NCBI GenBank assembly: GCA_040379905.1 | Contig: JBEIKF010000001.1 | Coordinates: 1 to 27,923, forward strand | Source of the DNA: Crocinitomicaceae bacterium | GTDB lineage: Bacteria > Bacteroidota > Bacteroidia > Flavobacteriales_D > Crocinitomicaceae | Length of the DNA: 27,923 nt | Direction: 5' to 3' | Shown here: one piece after another, positions 27,294-27,923 of the stretch | Numbering within the stretch: the stretch's first letter is position 1 | How the letters are laid out: every line of letters starts with the position of its first letter | Made by a program: the position numbers and the translations under genes | The notes under the pieces: model-generated | What the model saw: only the letters and a program-made list of their open reading frames with translations | Databases searched by the model: none | Told to the model about the DNA's origin: nothing

Positions 27294-27923
27294 TTATAAA
27301 CTTCTATACCATTGTACCATTGGAATGGGAACAGGCACAAATTCACCATCCGTATATATTCCTGTGAAACCGAATTGAAAAGCTTTACCTTCTTCTTGAT
27401 GCCAGCGCACTCCAGGTATAAGTAATGCTAATCCAGGATAAGTCATTGTTCTGGTTCCATTGGCAAGTTGCTCATCCCAATTTCCAGTATTTGGATTATA
27501 GACGTAATCTGTATATTGATAATTTTCCGTTTTGGTTTTACCCGGTAAAATAAAAAAAGAGTCAAAAACTAGACTGATTTTTTTGGACACCTTTATCATT
27601 CCTGCAACACTGGCTAATGCTCTTCCATTGGTCTCAGTATTTTTGGTTGCATAATAGGATTGGCTTGGTTGCCAAATCAACCCATAACCTCCTGAAATAG
27701 CAATATTTCTTGATCTATCTCCACCTGATAAAGTGGCAAAAGGCAGAAATCCACCCCATTGTGGAAGTGTCCAAGAGCCTGTTCCGACCAATCCCCCGAT
27801 AGCAAAATGAGAGGATGGGCCCAATTGAAAACTCTTTTTAAATGTTCCAATAATCGGAGTTCCGATCCAAGAAGTCATAATACCAACGCCTAAATCTTCT
27901 CCAATTCCGAATTGAAAGTCAGG
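27294..27923 (-). CDS. Uncharacterised outer-membrane beta-barrel protein (paralog B), 5' end beyond the right edge
   Basis: Frame is open to base 27923 (PDFQFGIGEDLGVGIMTSWIGTP...), so the track's ATG 27878 is internal; colinear similarity to paralog A. Confidence 0.75.
   Translation of the reverse strand, partial: PDFQFGIGEDLGVGIMTSWIGTPIIGTFKKSFQLGPSSHFAIGGLVGTGSWTLPQWGGFLPFATLSGGDRSRNIAISGGYGLIWQPSQSYYATKNTETNGRALASVAGMIKVSKKISLVFDSFFILPGKTKTENYQYTDYVYNPNTGNWDEQLANGTRTMTYPGLALLIPGVRWHQEEGKAFQFGFTGIYTDGEFVPVPIPMVQWYRSL

Noticed and set aside
1-27923. tRNA, rRNA, riboswitch, IS or prophage elements
   Set aside because: Intergenic gaps are short (at most about 240 bp) and show no cloverleaf or recognisable aptamer; no transposase or integrase motifs. 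A covariance-model scan (Infernal/Rfam) would be needed to exclude small ncRNAs.

Overview
AT-rich Bacteroidota chromosomal window, probably Flavobacteriales (Crocinitomicaceae/Fluviicola-like). The phylum call rests on TAnnTTTG promoters, T9SS genes and the HU/bS22/RNase G cluster; the finer placement is inference. Housekeeping genes (mutY, HU, a 30-aa bS22 ribosomal protein missed by the ORF track, rng, recX, asnS, fbp, ferritin) alternate with envelope genes. These are an edge-truncated M43 metalloprotease also missed by the track, a TonB-dependent receptor, a CotH-kinase T9SS type-B cargo with adjacent PorP/SprF, a lipoprotein plus DUF2490-like barrel, and several uncharacterised beta-barrels around an XRE/BetR-like regulator. 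The most striking element is a 1303-aa membrane receptor that joins an HTCS-type beta-propeller/Y_Y_Y sensor to an intact class III adenylyl cyclase and an intact C-terminal HD phosphohydrolase. It is a candidate single-protein make-and-break cAMP switch, and its start codon overlaps the end of the ferritin gene. No tRNA, rRNA, CRISPR array or mobile element was seen. All family assignments come from motif reading, not database searches.
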